Shown here: piece after piece, positions 52,134 through 64,000 of the stretch | How the letters are laid out: each line of letters begins with the position of its first letter | Numbering within the stretch: position 1 is the stretch's first letter | Assembly (NCBI RefSeq): GCF_963921235.1 | Contig: NC_086098.1 | Location: forward strand, 5,394,001-5,458,000 | DNA from: Mobula hypostoma | Lineage: Eukaryota | Reading direction: 5' to 3' | Length of the DNA: 64,000 bases | The notes under the pieces: model-generated | Database searches by the model: none | The model's input: only the letters and a program-made list of their open reading frames with translations | What the model was told of the DNA's origin: nothing | Position numbers and translations under genes: made by a program

Positions 52134-53002
52134 AGAAAATGGCAGCAAGATTGAAGAGCTACAACGTCGGATAGTGCACCTTAAGAGCCGGGGAATAAGT
52201 CGAGGTACCGAGCAGTATGCCTCCCCTGTACCCCTTGGCGGGCTCCCTGAGATGTGACGCTGACTCCAAGGGAGACCTTGGGAACGGAGCATCACGCCTT
52301 CCCAGGGAACCCCAACGGGGCAAGTGTACACAGGCTCCCCAACCCAGGGTACACGGAGGAGCACATCACCTGCCTCCCTTGTGAACCCAAGGCTCTTCAG
52401 CTATGGAGGAAGAGCAACACAGCAGTGGCAGTTGTCCGACGGGAACAGACACCTCTTTGCAGCTGGTAATCCCCCAGGGGCTCTGCGGCACAGTGATGTG
52501 GATCGGGTACAGGCTGGTGAGGGCTGGCTATCTCAGGGTCGCAAAGACGTTGGGTAAGTTGCTCAGACGCTTCTATTGGCCTGAGTGCAGGCAGGATATG
52601 GAGCTTTCGTGCACTGATGTGAAGTTTGCACGTCCCTGAAGGGGCCAGGAGAGGTGCTCGACTACATTTCCGATACAGTATATCGGGTGCAGTTGCCTGA
52701 GTGGTGGAAGGCAGTTGTGCTACACCAGGATTGGCAGGCACCTAGCGAGGCTGAAGGAAAGAAGTGACGCTCTAGATGTCTGCCTCTTGCCTCCCCTGCA
52801 TCCCCTGGGGAGGGGAGGCTCCAAACACCACCCAGCACCCCAGGTGGCAGCGTCAACCACCAACAGGACTCTTTGACATTGTTGTGGACTCTGGGTTTGC
52901 CGGGGATGGTTGAGCCTTCAGGAAGGGGCGGTGTTGCGATTTAGGCAGCAGTGTGGTCGAATACTCCACCCAACATTCCTGGTGGCCAGTGCTACTTATT
53001 GT

Positions 53003-53845
53003 TGTCACAGACCTCAAGAAGATCTTGCGACTTTTTTGTGAGAATGATGTAATGGTCTTTTGGGGGTCACCTGATGTAATTTTCCCACCGATGTGAGGTC
53101 ATGTGATAACATGCTCACCACGGGTGTTAAAGGGAAGACCCCTGGTGAGGCAATTAGTTTTCCAGTTAGAATGTTTGTCAGAGACTCCGTTCCGTTGCGT
53201 GTTTTTTTTATGACACAGTTTCATTTTTAAAATGGAGTTTTACGTTCTATTGTAAGGTACAACAGTGTTGGACTGCCAGTTTACTCAATTTCTGCTAGAT
53301 TTGTTGATGTACTTTTTCAGTAGTATTGGAGAGTGAAGACTTCATCAAAGTACAGGACCTGAAGGATTAAGAGAAGTCGGGAATGTTTGGCAGTTTAATA
53401 AAGGATCGACCTTATTGAGTCTTCGTCGAAGAAGTAGCAACCTGCATCGAAGATAACTCCTGCCAAAAGAGCAAGGAAGTTCATGCAAGGTTTGCTCTCT
53501 AGAAATAAAGGTCAGTTGTTTTTTAAGCCGTTTATTTTCTTCATCGTGGATCCTTAGAAATCCTTCTCCAGAGAAGTCTCTCCCAATTGAATGTATAAAT
53601 CTGTTGGACTTTCGAATTCACCATTTTAAGAACTGTATTTGACTTTACCGCTTTAAGAACTGTTTTCGCATTTATCGCTTTAAGAACAAGTACCGAGTGG
53701 CGATTTGCTGAATGACTGCATAGTGGTTAATTTCTGGTTAAGGTTTTCATTTGTTTTTTTTATTGTTTATCAGTGTTTAATAAATGTTTGGTTGTTTTTA
53801 AATAACCTGACTGGGTTGATACTCATTGTTGCCGGTTACGTAACA
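53003..53845 (+). mobile_element. Solo LTR (843 bp) nested in the 3' LTR of the Gypsy element
   Basis: TGTCAC...GTAACA; exact TSD TTGT (52999-53002 and 53846-53849); AATAAA at 53779; internal TTTAAGAAC repeats x3. Confidence 0.9.
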
Positions 53846-54734
53846 TTGTTCCTTTTTAAAAATGCATTTGTGGGATTATGGTGGAATGTGCCAGCTCACT
53901 TGTTACATTTTAACTCAGATTACATGGTTATTTGCTTGTGTGTTTGTGGGTCATCCTGACTCTAACAATAACCACCTCTTCCATCTGCGTGTGGCTGAGT
54001 GGGTTCTCTCCGTGGGTCACAGCACCCTGGTCTAGCTTTGAGCTTCTCACAATAAAAACAGTTGTTGAGTTAAACAAGCTTCTCTTGTCTGTCATCATAG
54101 ATCAAATGCTCACCACAATATATTAAAAAAGTTAAATGATATAAATGGCATAAAAATAGAAAAGAATAGTGAGGTAGTGTTCATGGATTTGTTGTCCATT
54201 CGGAAGTCTGATGGCAGAGGGGAAGAAGCTGTTCTGGAATCATAGAGTGTGTGCCTTCAGGCTTCTGTAGCTCTACCTCGGTGATAGCAATGAGAAGAGG
54301 GCTTGTCCTGGGTGTTGGGGGTCCTTAATGATGAAAGCAGCCTTTCGAGGCATCGCTCCTTGAAGATGTCTTGGATGCTGGGGAGACCAGTGCCCATGAT
54401 GGAGCTGACTGAGTTCACAACTTTCTGCAGCTTATTTCAATCCTGTGCAGAACTAGAACCGGGTTTAATATCACTGACATATGTTGCAATACATAATATT
54501 AAAAACTGTAAGAAATATATATATATATTTCTTATGGTTTATATATATTTAATTAAATAAGTGGTGCAAAAAGAGAGAAAAAAATTCAATGAGAGGTGGT
54601 GTTCATGGGTTCATTGGCCATTCAGAAATCTGATGGCAGAAGAGAAGAAGCTGTTCTTCAATGGTTGAGTATTTGAGATGACAATTTTTAACAGGAATCA
54701 CACACTGTAAAAATCTCAAGACATCTAGAAACAG

Positions 54735-55010
54735 TGCAGTTGTTTGCCATGAGACTGTATGGCATATTAATGGAAAAGCAAGCCAGAGGGTTATTCATGG
54801 CCTGTGAGAAGCTGAAAGACTATCTCAGTGGTTTCCAGTTTGACACAGAGATTGATCACAAATAATTTATTTGCTTGTTGGTTTGGACGACCCGGGTATA
54901 TGATGCAAAGGATAAAGCATCACAGGATACTGTACATTACAGGATCATGAAATATTTGTAGATTATTTCTCATGGTTCAGGAAAGGTTTGGTTTGCCATA
55001 GGCACTTTGT
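54735..55010 (+). pseudogene. Isolated ancient Gypsy RNase H remnant
   Basis: Reads MEKQA...ACEKLKDYLSGFQFDTEIDHK, matching the EKEA...ACEK..YL.G..F..ETDHK pattern. Confidence 0.7.
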
Positions 55011-56821
55011 TGTGAGTTTGGCTTTTATGATTGTTACATTTAAATGGTTAAAGCTACAACACATTCACAATTATACACCTTCCCTACGGCACAATGAACT
55101 AGACTGTGAGTGAGAAGGTATTTAACAGAAATTCCTGTTTTAACTGAAAAATAAACCTATTTGTTTTAAGCTGCTTAATGCTGCTACAAACAATGAAAGG
55201 TGATCACATTGCTTGTAATCTTTCAGCCTGATTTTGGTAAGTATGTGCGTGTATATGGGAGATGCACTGAGTATTGTGGACGTGCCCTGTTTGCCCTGGA
55301 ATGTGTGCTGACACATAGTTATTTATTTACTGAGGTACAGCGTGGAATAGGCAGTTCCAGCCTTTCGAGCCACAATTTAATCCGAGCCTAGTCATGGGAA
55401 AATTTACAATGACCAATTAAATGACCGTGGGAAGACTACCCAGAGGAAACCCGGGCAATCGGGGGAGAGTGTACCGACTTCTTACAGGCAGTGGCGAGAA
55501 TTGAACCCGAGTCATCTGAGGTGCTGACTACTATGCTACGTGCCGCCGAGGGCTGAGCCCCAGCATATCCTTCAGTTGTATTGGTTGCTAATGCAAATGG
55601 CACATTTCACTGTGTGTTTCACTGTACATGTGATAAGTACCTGAATCTGAATCTGGATTTGAATGTATCTCTCACCCTACAGCGAGCATTAACCACTAGA
55701 AATAATGGTTGATACATGTTTTTAAATTACCTTCTTAAGAAATGCCAGTCTTTATTGTCAATCGTTAATTGCCTGTGGGAAGCTGGTTGTGAGCTGCTTT
55801 CTTGAAAACGTATTTATTTATTATTTTCTTGGCGATACCACACGGAGCAGGCCCTTCTGGCTCAATGAGCCAAACCACTCTGCAACCCACCTATTTAACC
55901 GCAGCCTAATCACAAGACAATTTACAATCATCAATTAACCTACTAACTGCTATGTCTCTGGGCTGTGGGAAGAAAATAAATGAGATCGGAAATGAACTGA
56001 AACCAAAGCTTTGAACTGTGATAGTGTCATGCTACTATGCTACTGTGGCACTCTGAAATAGAAACATAGAAATCTACAGCACATTACAGTCTCTTCGGCC
56101 CACAATGTTGTGCTGACCATGTACGTACTCTAGAAACTGCCTGGAATTTCCCTAGCGCATCGCCATCTATTTTTCTAAGCTCCATCTACGTATCTAAAAG
56201 TCTCTTACAAGATCCTATTGTATTTGCCACTACCACCATCACTGGCAGTACATTCCATGCACCCACCACTCTCTGTGTGAAAAACTTACCCCTGACATGT
56301 CCCTTGTACCTGTTTCCAAGCACCTTAAAACTGTGCCCCCTCGTGTTAGCCATTTCAGCCCTGGGAAAAAAGCCTCTGGCTATCCACATGACCAACGCCA
56401 AAGTCCTTGTGATGAACGTCCTATCACAGTGGTCTTGGAGTAGAAGTCCCAACATATGACCTCAGTGACAATGAAGGGATGGTGTGTAGTTGGGAGACAA
56501 CTGGAGGGGTTGGATGTTACTGCACATAAAACCACTTATCTCTCAGTGGCAGCGGTTTTCAAAACACTCTTCAAATAGTCTAACTGACCAAATACTGAAT
56601 ATTTTAATACATCATTCATGTGTAACTAGCTTGGATTCATCCTGCTTTTTATGAAAATGACTTTCCTGTACAATTTTCCATACAGCTGGGAACTTGCCAA
56701 TGTTAGCACTGTACTGGAACAGCTTGCCTAGAGGTATGACTAGTTCAGAAGATCAGTTCTTCCATACAGCAGCCAGGGTGTTGTAGAGGGTTTAATGCTC
56801 TCAGCCATCTCTTGATATCAC

Positions 56822-57024
56822 AAACAACTGAAAATCTGCAGATGCTGGAAATCTGAACACACACAAAATGCCGGAGGAACTCAGCAGGCCAGGCAGCATC
56901 TGGGAAAGGAGTACAGTCGACGTTTCGGGCCAACCCAGTCCTGCCAAAGGGTTTCAGCTTGAAATGCCAACTATACTCTTTTCCTAGATGCTGCCTGGCC
57001 TGCTGAGTTCCTCCAGCATTTTCT
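56822..57024. mobile_element. PLE-terminus fold-back mini-element with TSD
   Basis: Inverted arms (AAAATGCCGGAGGAACTCAGCAGGCCAGGCAGCATCT / AGATGCTGCCTGGCCTGCTGAGTTCCTCCAGCATTTT); TSD TCTTGA(T/C)ATCAC at 56810-56821 and 57028-57039. Confidence 0.88.
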
Positions 57025-57264
57025 ATTTCTTGACATCACGTGGGATGACTGAATTGGCTCAACATTCGTTTTTGTAATGTTGAGGTCTGGGTGGTCATTT
57101 TGCTTGAAATAGGCAGAAACTTTGGGCCCTCGGTATATATCATACCATTGACCCACTTGCAGACCTTTACTACCCTAGTTAATGATGCAACTACACAGCA
57201 GTCAGACAGCATCTGTGGGGAGAAAAGTGGAGTTCACACGTCAGATGTTCAGCCCTTTATGAAA

Positions 57265-58052
57265 ACTAGCCATAAGATAGAGGAGTGAAATTAGGCCACT
57301 TGGCTCCACATTTCCAAAATGGCTGATTTATTATCCCTTTCAACCCCATTCTCCTGACTTCTCCCTGTAAGCTTTGAAGCCCTTACTAATCAAAGTTCAA
57401 AGTTCAAACTACATTTATTATCGAAATATTTATACTGTATACAACCTTGAGATTTGTCTCTTTACAGGCAGACGCAAAACAAAGAAACCCATAGAACCCA
57501 TTATAAAAAGACTGTCAGACACCAAAAGTGCAGAAGAAAATCATGCAGACAATAAAAGGAAGCAAATAACATTCAGAACTGAATTTCATGGAAGTCAGTG
57601 CACAACCGCAAAGCCAGTCAGCCACAAGAGCCAATGAACCTCGGCTTTAATTACACTCAATGACTTGGCCTCCACAGCTGTCTGTGACAATGAATTCCAC
57701 AGATTCACCACCTTCTGAATAAAGAAATTCCTCCTTATTTCCATTCTAAAGAGATGTCCCTCTACACTGAGGCTGGGCCCTCTGGTCCTAGATCCCACCC
57801 CTCTGTAGGAAACATCCTCTCCATTACTCAGTAGGTTTCGCTGAGACCCCCCGCCCCCTCTCATTCCTGTGAACTTCAGTGAGAGCAGGTCCAGAGCCAT
57901 CAAACACTCCTTACATGTTAACCTTTTCATTCCTGGAATCATGTACCTCCTCTGGTACTTCTCCAATGCCAGCACATCTTTTCTTCAATAAGGGGTTCAA
58001 ATCTGCTCACAATACTCCAATTGTGGTCTGACCATTGCCTTATAAAGCCTTA
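57265..58052 (-). mobile_element. CR1 3' part interrupted at ~57392-57625 by a (TTTGAAC)-tailed repeat
   Basis: ORF 57595-57975 RRNFFIQKVVNLWNSLSQTAVEAKSL. Confidence 0.8.
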
Positions 58053-60077
58053 TGACTGTACCGGAACTGCTTGGCTAGTGGTATGGCTAGTTCAGGAGTT
58101 CATTTCTTCCATACAACAGCCAGAGTGTTGTAGAGTGTTCAATGCTCTCGGCCATTTCTCGATATCACATGGAGTGACTGAATTGGCTCAAAGTGGTTTC
58201 TTGCCGGTGAAGTCTTGAGGGGGAAATGGCAATATCATCAATCCAGCACTTCTGCTTGAGCATAGAATCGATTGAAAAATTTAACAATATTGAATGTTTC
58301 AGCCTCATTAAAGTCCAAAATATCTTATCTGGTCTATCCCTGTATCCTGAGTATCTTATCTTCTTTGGAAAGCAGTTATCTCCTGGTGCTCAACACCATA
58401 GTTATTTTAAAAGTGGAAAAGCCATTGGACTGGGGCAGTTCCACTCTCTTGACCTTGGAAGTCCAGGTCCACGACACAAGTAGTCATTACAACTGGGGTC
58501 TTCCTTGGTCGCAGTGGGTGGTCATGACTTCTTCTGTGTCTCGCCATACCCTCTGCACTCCATGAAGCTTTGTAGAACTGGCTTCCTGGCCATTGAATCC
58601 TCTGTTCATCTCATTATCCCAGTCCACTGGAACTGTCTTTGCATGCTACGACAAGAGTATTTCTATCTCAGCATGCTATGAGGCCCACCTGGCTGCCCCC
58701 ACCTGGATTAGTTTGTCTCCCAAAGCAGTGTATTGAGGTGTGACCAATGTTTCTGAACCTGGTGGTGTTGGACCTGTACCTCCTTCCCAATGGCAGCAGT
58801 GAGAAGAGAGCATGGCCTAGATAGTGGAGTCCTTGATGATGGATGATGCTTTCTTGTGACAGAACTTCTTGTGGATGTGCCCAATGATGGAGAGGGCTTT
58901 TCCTGTGATGGACTGGGCTGTATCCACTACTTTCTGTAGGCTTTTCCATGCTTGGGCATTGGTGTTTCCATACTAGGCTTTGATGCAATCAGTTAGGGTA
59001 CTTTCCATCCACAGTCAGAACGAAGATGCTCATACATCTGACAAATGCTCTAGATGGACCAGGTAACATGGCACAAGAGATCCTCTTGCTTGCTAGCTAT
59101 GTCTGCCTCTGCATGTTCCACACTATCAATTCCAGTTGCACTCTGACCCAAGCATACTTGGATGTAACATTAGAATTGTGACTAATCATATTTCAGCATC
59201 AAAATTATGTATTCAAGGGTCATGATGGCTAATGGCCGCAGGCCTGGTGGGCCAATGCTATGGATGAATATGAAGGGAAGGACTAGGAGGCCAAGATGAA
59301 TAGATCTTTGAGACTGGCACTGATCCTTGGTAGGTGGAACGAAGGGTGAATTCAAGGTCTGAGATAGGTGCAGTGATCAGAATTGGAATCGGTTTGGTTA
59401 TCACCATCTTAAATGATGTGAAATTTGTTGTCTTGCAACAGCAGTAAGACAAAAAAACATAAATTAGAAAATCAATAAATAGTTTAAAAGAAAATAAATA
59501 ATGAGGGAGTGTTTCATAGACCGTCCAGAAATCAGATGCTGGAAGGGAAGAAGCTGTTCCTGAATCAGGACAGTCCTGACGAAGGGTCTCAGCCCAAAAC
59601 ACCGGTTCTTTTTTCCTCTCCAAAGATGCCGCCTGACCTGCTGATTTCCTCCAGCACTTTGTGTATGTTACAAATGAACAACATGCATTTTCTTAAGTTA
59701 CAGACCTTTGTGGAAAATGTTATTGAAGTCATGCAAATCTGTTAATGCAAGAAACTAATACAAATGTAGATATTCCATAGAGAAACATTGTACTTGCAAA
59801 TGAGCTGAGGATCAGGTGAGAGAGCTGTACACAGAACAGTATAATGACAACGTAGCAATCACTGTGGGGTGGTATGGTAGCACTAGCGATCACTCTTCAG
59901 TGCTCAGCTCCCATGGCTTTCTGGGAGAAGTTTGTAAGTTCTCCCTGTGAACACTGGCTGCCCTGGTTTCCTCCCACAGGCCAGGCTTAGGACATTGTGG
60001 GAATGCAACGTCAGTTACCCAGCAAAGTCCTCACTGATTTCATAATTTTACTGTATGTTTCAATATATATGCGACAA

Positions 60078-60390
60078 TTTGTGGGCACGTGGCCAAGTGG
60101 TTAAGGCGTTCGACTAGCGATCTGAAGGTTGTGAGTTCGAACTCCAGCCGAGGCAGCGTGTTGTGTCCTTCAGCAAGGCAGTTAACCACACATTGCTCTG
60201 CGAGAACACTAGTGCCAAGCTGTATGGGTTCTAATGCCCTTCCCTTGGACAACATCGGTGTTGTAGAGAGGGGAGACTTGCAGTATGGGCAACTGCTGGT
60301 CTTCCATACAACCTTGCCCAGGCCTGCGCCCTGGAGAATGAAGACTTTCCAGGCGCAGATCCATGGTCTTGCAAGACTAACTGATGCCTT
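60078..60390 (+). mobile_element. tRNA-derived SINE with RTE-like tail
   Basis: Pol III A box TGGCCAAGTGG (60090-60100), B box GAGTTCGAACTCC (60133-60145); TSD TATATGC(G/A)ACAA at 60066-60077 and 60391-60402. Confidence 0.9.
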
Positions 60391-60920
60391 TATATGCAAC
60401 AAATGAAACTAAGCTTTTATCACCTTTATCTTTATATCCTACATCTCTGAAAATATCACACAGAAAGTGCTTATAGCGAGTCTGTGGATGGTAATTCTGA
60501 GCTTACTGCCAAAGTGTAATCAATTTATATTGAATCAACATTCTGATTAGCAGTGAAGTCAATGGAAATAAAAATGGTGAGAGCAGTCAATTTTATTTTA
60601 CCGCCCCTCCTCTATATTGCACAATGTCAAAATGACCACTGTGGCAATATTCAACAGGACACCCCTCTATTGTGAGGCTGTGTCCTCTGGTCTTAGACTC
60701 TCCTACCATAGGAAACATCTTTTTCCACATCCACTCTATCAAGGGCTTTCACCATTTGATAGATTTCAATAAGGTCACCCCTCATTCTTCTGAATTAGGT
60801 GATAAAAATAAATTTTAAAAAGTTGAAATGATTAGCCCCATCTGAATGGTAGACATGTTTGACTGCACAACAGATAACTTGATGATATATACTGAACGAA
60901 TTGAGCAGTATTTTAAAGAA

Positions 60921-63414
60921 TTCACATTTGTTGCATTATGCTCTGAGCCCATAATCTTCTAATCCTTTTAACACCGTCCTGAGATTTTGGAGATGATCTT
61001 TGTTATCCTCTCTGATAACAATTATGTCATCCAGGTAACACTGAGTGCCTTAACAGTCTCGCAGTGCCTGGTCCATAGATTTCTGCCAGCGTGCAGGTAC
61101 AGATGCTACTCCAAAAATAAGCCTATTCTAGTGATAACCCCCTTTGTGAGTGTTTATGGTGAGAAACACTTTGGACTCTCTTCCATCTCCCTCTGTAGAA
61201 AAGCCTCAGCTACATCTACTTTGCTGAAGTGTTTTCCTCCAGAAAGGGTTGCAAAGATATTCTCTATCCTGGGAGGAAGGTATTGACCTTCTTTCAGTAC
61301 GAGGTTGATGGTGACCTTAAAATCACCACAGATCCTGATAGACCCATCTTTCTTGGCTATTTGGACTACTGCCATTCAAAGATTTCCTTCAGTGTCCTTG
61401 TGATCTGGCTACTTCATCACAGATGGTACAAGGAACCAGATGGACCTTGCAGAACAGGGGTGTGGTATTTTCATTTAACACTAATTTACCCTTGATATAT
61501 TTGAGTTTTCCAATGCTATCCTTGAATACTACTGTGACATCATGCAGTACCTTTCTTAATTCTCTTTCAGTTGTCTCTATTTCAGGGAAGGCGGTATGCA
61601 AATGGCGGCTGGATCTCCAGTCACACGCTCAACTGTTCAAGAACAGCTTCTTCCCCTCTGCCATATGATTTCTAAATAGACACTGACCCCATGAACACTA
61701 CCTTACTACTTTTCATTTCTGTTTTTGCACTACTTGCATAATTTAAATATTTAATATACGTATACATATATTTACCATAATTCAATTTTTTCTATATTTA
61801 TCATATATTACATTGTACTGTTGCCACAAAGTAAACAAATTTCACGGCATGTGATATTAAACCTGATTCTGATAGTTGACTCAGCCAATCATGACCCCAC
61901 AATTCTGGCCCTTCTGTTTTACCACATACAATCTGATGTAGCCTTTTGGTTGTTGTATTTCACTGTTATCAATGTAATTCCCCCAGAAATAATCTTTTCT
62001 CCAGTGTAAGTTCTCAGTTGGATATCTGTAGGCTTTAGATCATTATTTTTGAAATGCCATTCAAACTCTTTTTGTGGAATGACTGAAATAGCCAAGCCAG
62101 TGTCCAACTCCATTTTAATTAACTTGCCATTCACTTCTGATGTAAGCCACATTGCCGTTTCTTGTTAGTTTTCACATTTTAAATCTCAAGGCTACACAGT
62201 CCTGTGTCACTCTCATGATGCTTCATCAATTTCATGCAGCTTACTGGTGTTTTTGGTGACTTTTTATCTTTTTCTCTGCCCTGTGCAGTCTATTTATCTT
62301 TGTCTGCCTGACATACTCTTTGTACTGTATATACTACTGACATACTACTTTGTTGCATTTTCTGCATTTCACCTTTAAACCTGCACTGGTCTGGTGTATG
62401 TGAGCCTCTGCCACAGCAGTAACACAATCTGTTTAGCCAGGCAGGTTTCTGTTTAGACATCACATTTTTTTCATGCTCACTTTTATTCCTGACTGCAACT
62501 AAATTGTGAATCTGGCTGATGTTTCCATTGATACTGCAATTTCAACTGCTCTTTCACATGTGAGTTGTGCTTCAGTTTAAAGCTGTTTTTGAATGCTTTC
62601 TTGTAAGCTTCCATGAATTAAATGATCTTTCAGTGCATCAATAAGCCCATTACCAAACTAACAATACTCAGATAATTTCTTTAATTCAGCCACACACACT
62701 GATACGGACATTCCTTCTTTTTGATTCCACTTATGAAACTGAAGTGTTTTGCAATTAACAATGGGTTTGTTCTAAATAACCATGCATTAAGTTCACAATA
62801 TTAGCAAAGCTTATATCAGCTTGTTGGTTGGAGCAGTCAAACTTCAAAGCTAATTGTATGCATTTCCAGCTATTACACTTAACAACAATGGCACTCGTTT
62901 TTTTATTGGCTATTTCACTTACTTTAAAATACTGCTCAATTTGTTCAGTAAATATCATCGAGTTATCTGTTGTGCAATCAAACATGTCTATTATTCTGAT
63001 GTGGCTAACCATTTCAGCTTTTTAAAATTTATTATTATCACCTGCTACTCAGTTTATGAATCCATGGCTGTACCTGCTGCTTGTTAATTTCATCCATTAT
63101 CTGCCTTTTTTTAACTTGAATGTCTCTCTCCCATTCCAAAGAAACATGGTGGGTAGTCATCTTGGGTTCATTTTAAAACTTCATCGTTGCCACTGTTATG
63201 TTTTGTAATTCCAGTTACTAATCCAGTAATGGGAGCCCTGGATTGCTTATCTACTTAGTTCTTCTTTAGTTAGGAGCATGGTGCTGTAATGACATATGCC
63301 ATTCACATACTACTTATGTATAACCCATAATGAGTTATGCAAACAAAGAATGCTTAATTAAATAATATATTTACAATATTACTCAAATATTGCTGAGATA
63401 TTGAGCACAGTACA
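60921..63414 (-). mobile_element. Gypsy LTR retrotransposon 5' half (LTR ~63194-63414, gag, protease, RT), decayed
   Basis: LTR TGTAC...TAACA on minus, then PBS-like TGGCAACGATG; gag IDMFDCTTDN...EQIEQYF; protease MELDTGLAISVI; RT KKDGSIRICGDFKVTIN, FSKVD, CYLDDII (~61026-61037); Rex tail inserted at 61587-61873. Confidence 0.92.
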
Positions 63415-63750
63415 GCCTTCAAGAAATCCCGCCCATTATTGCAGATGAAGTGAGGGTGTTCGATGAAGCAATCCCACAATCTACATTGGGCTTCACTGAT
63501 GTTGAAGTTCTGGATACAGTATTTGGCTCTGCCAGTCTCGCAAGTGAAGTGTTGCCTCACCTAGAAGGACAGTATTTTTAAAATGGCAGAATAAAAGCAG
63601 TGTCATAATCTTAAACACAAAAGATTCTGCTGATTTTGGTAATCCAGAGCAACATACTCAAGATGCTGGAGGAACTCAGCAGATCAAGCAGCATCTATAG
63701 AGAGAAATAAAAAGCTGACGTTTTGGGCCAAGACCCTTCACCAGGATACA
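63415..63750 (-). mobile_element. PLE fragments (GIY-YIG piece and 3' terminus)
   Basis: RQHFTCE..YCI frame; GATGCTGGAGGAACTCAGC; decayed hammerhead at 63713-63747. Confidence 0.75.
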
Positions 63751-64000
63751 ATATGGAGAGGCATAATCCCCTGGTTATGGGAATGCAGAACAACTTCTTG
63801 AGCAACACTTTTTTTTCCCTGAATTCATTGGTCATGTTATTGCCCTGTAGCTCAATTTGACAAGACGATTCTTCTTTATCATTCTCCAGACTGAAGATAA
63901 CAGCCTGAAGACGACTTGCATGACACACTGAACAAAGCCCACAATGGACCCGACCTCGGGAGTTTAAGACTCAATAATCAGAAGAATCATGTTTAAATAA

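Larger units (their letters stand above)
51790..54117 (+). mobile_element. Internally deleted Gypsy LTR retrotransposon (5' LTR ~51790-52113; 3' LTR ~52952-54117, interrupted)
   Basis: Two homologous LTRs, each with AATAAA and ending GCTCAC(T/C)ACA; PBS right after the 5' LTR; integrase zinc-finger remnant GYLRVAKTLGKLLRRFYWPECRQDM; purine tract at ~52919-52931; the flanking Rex tail is continuous. Confidence 0.85.

Noticed and set aside
60081..60150. tRNA gene
   Set aside because: A and B boxes are present, but the sequence continues into a SINE body with a TSD and has a second dispersed copy.

Overview
This is eukaryotic, repeat-saturated DNA with no host protein-coding exon that I can support. 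The repeat mix suggests an intronic or intergenic region of a cartilaginous fish, probably a ray (inference from the repeat families, not a database result). Almost every ORF in the track is a decayed retroelement frame, an antisense frame, or a microsatellite translation. Recognisable families: CR1 LINEs (ORF1 SGNH esterase and ORF2 EN/RT pieces), Rex1/Babar LINEs, Penelope-like elements (PLE; RT plus GIY-YIG), an R4/Dong-type RLE retrotransposon, an L1 3' end, Gypsy LTR remnants, three solo LTRs, Tc1 derivatives, V-SINE/HE1-like SINEs and RTE-tailed SINEs. The most notable signal is about 15 copies of a minimal type-I hammerhead ribozyme (AGTC-CTGANGA-AGGGTCTCGGCCC-GAAAC-GTC-GACT) in PLE termini. 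Several copies sit in ~200-bp non-coding fold-back mini-elements with back-to-back ribozyme motifs and their own 12-15 bp target-site duplications (TSDs), so they look like an independently mobilised ribozyme-bearing class. Also seen: multiply nested insertions with TSDs, an internally deleted Gypsy with a perfect tRNA-Leu primer-binding site, and two inverted duplications. Boundaries without a quoted TSD are approximate (tens of bp).
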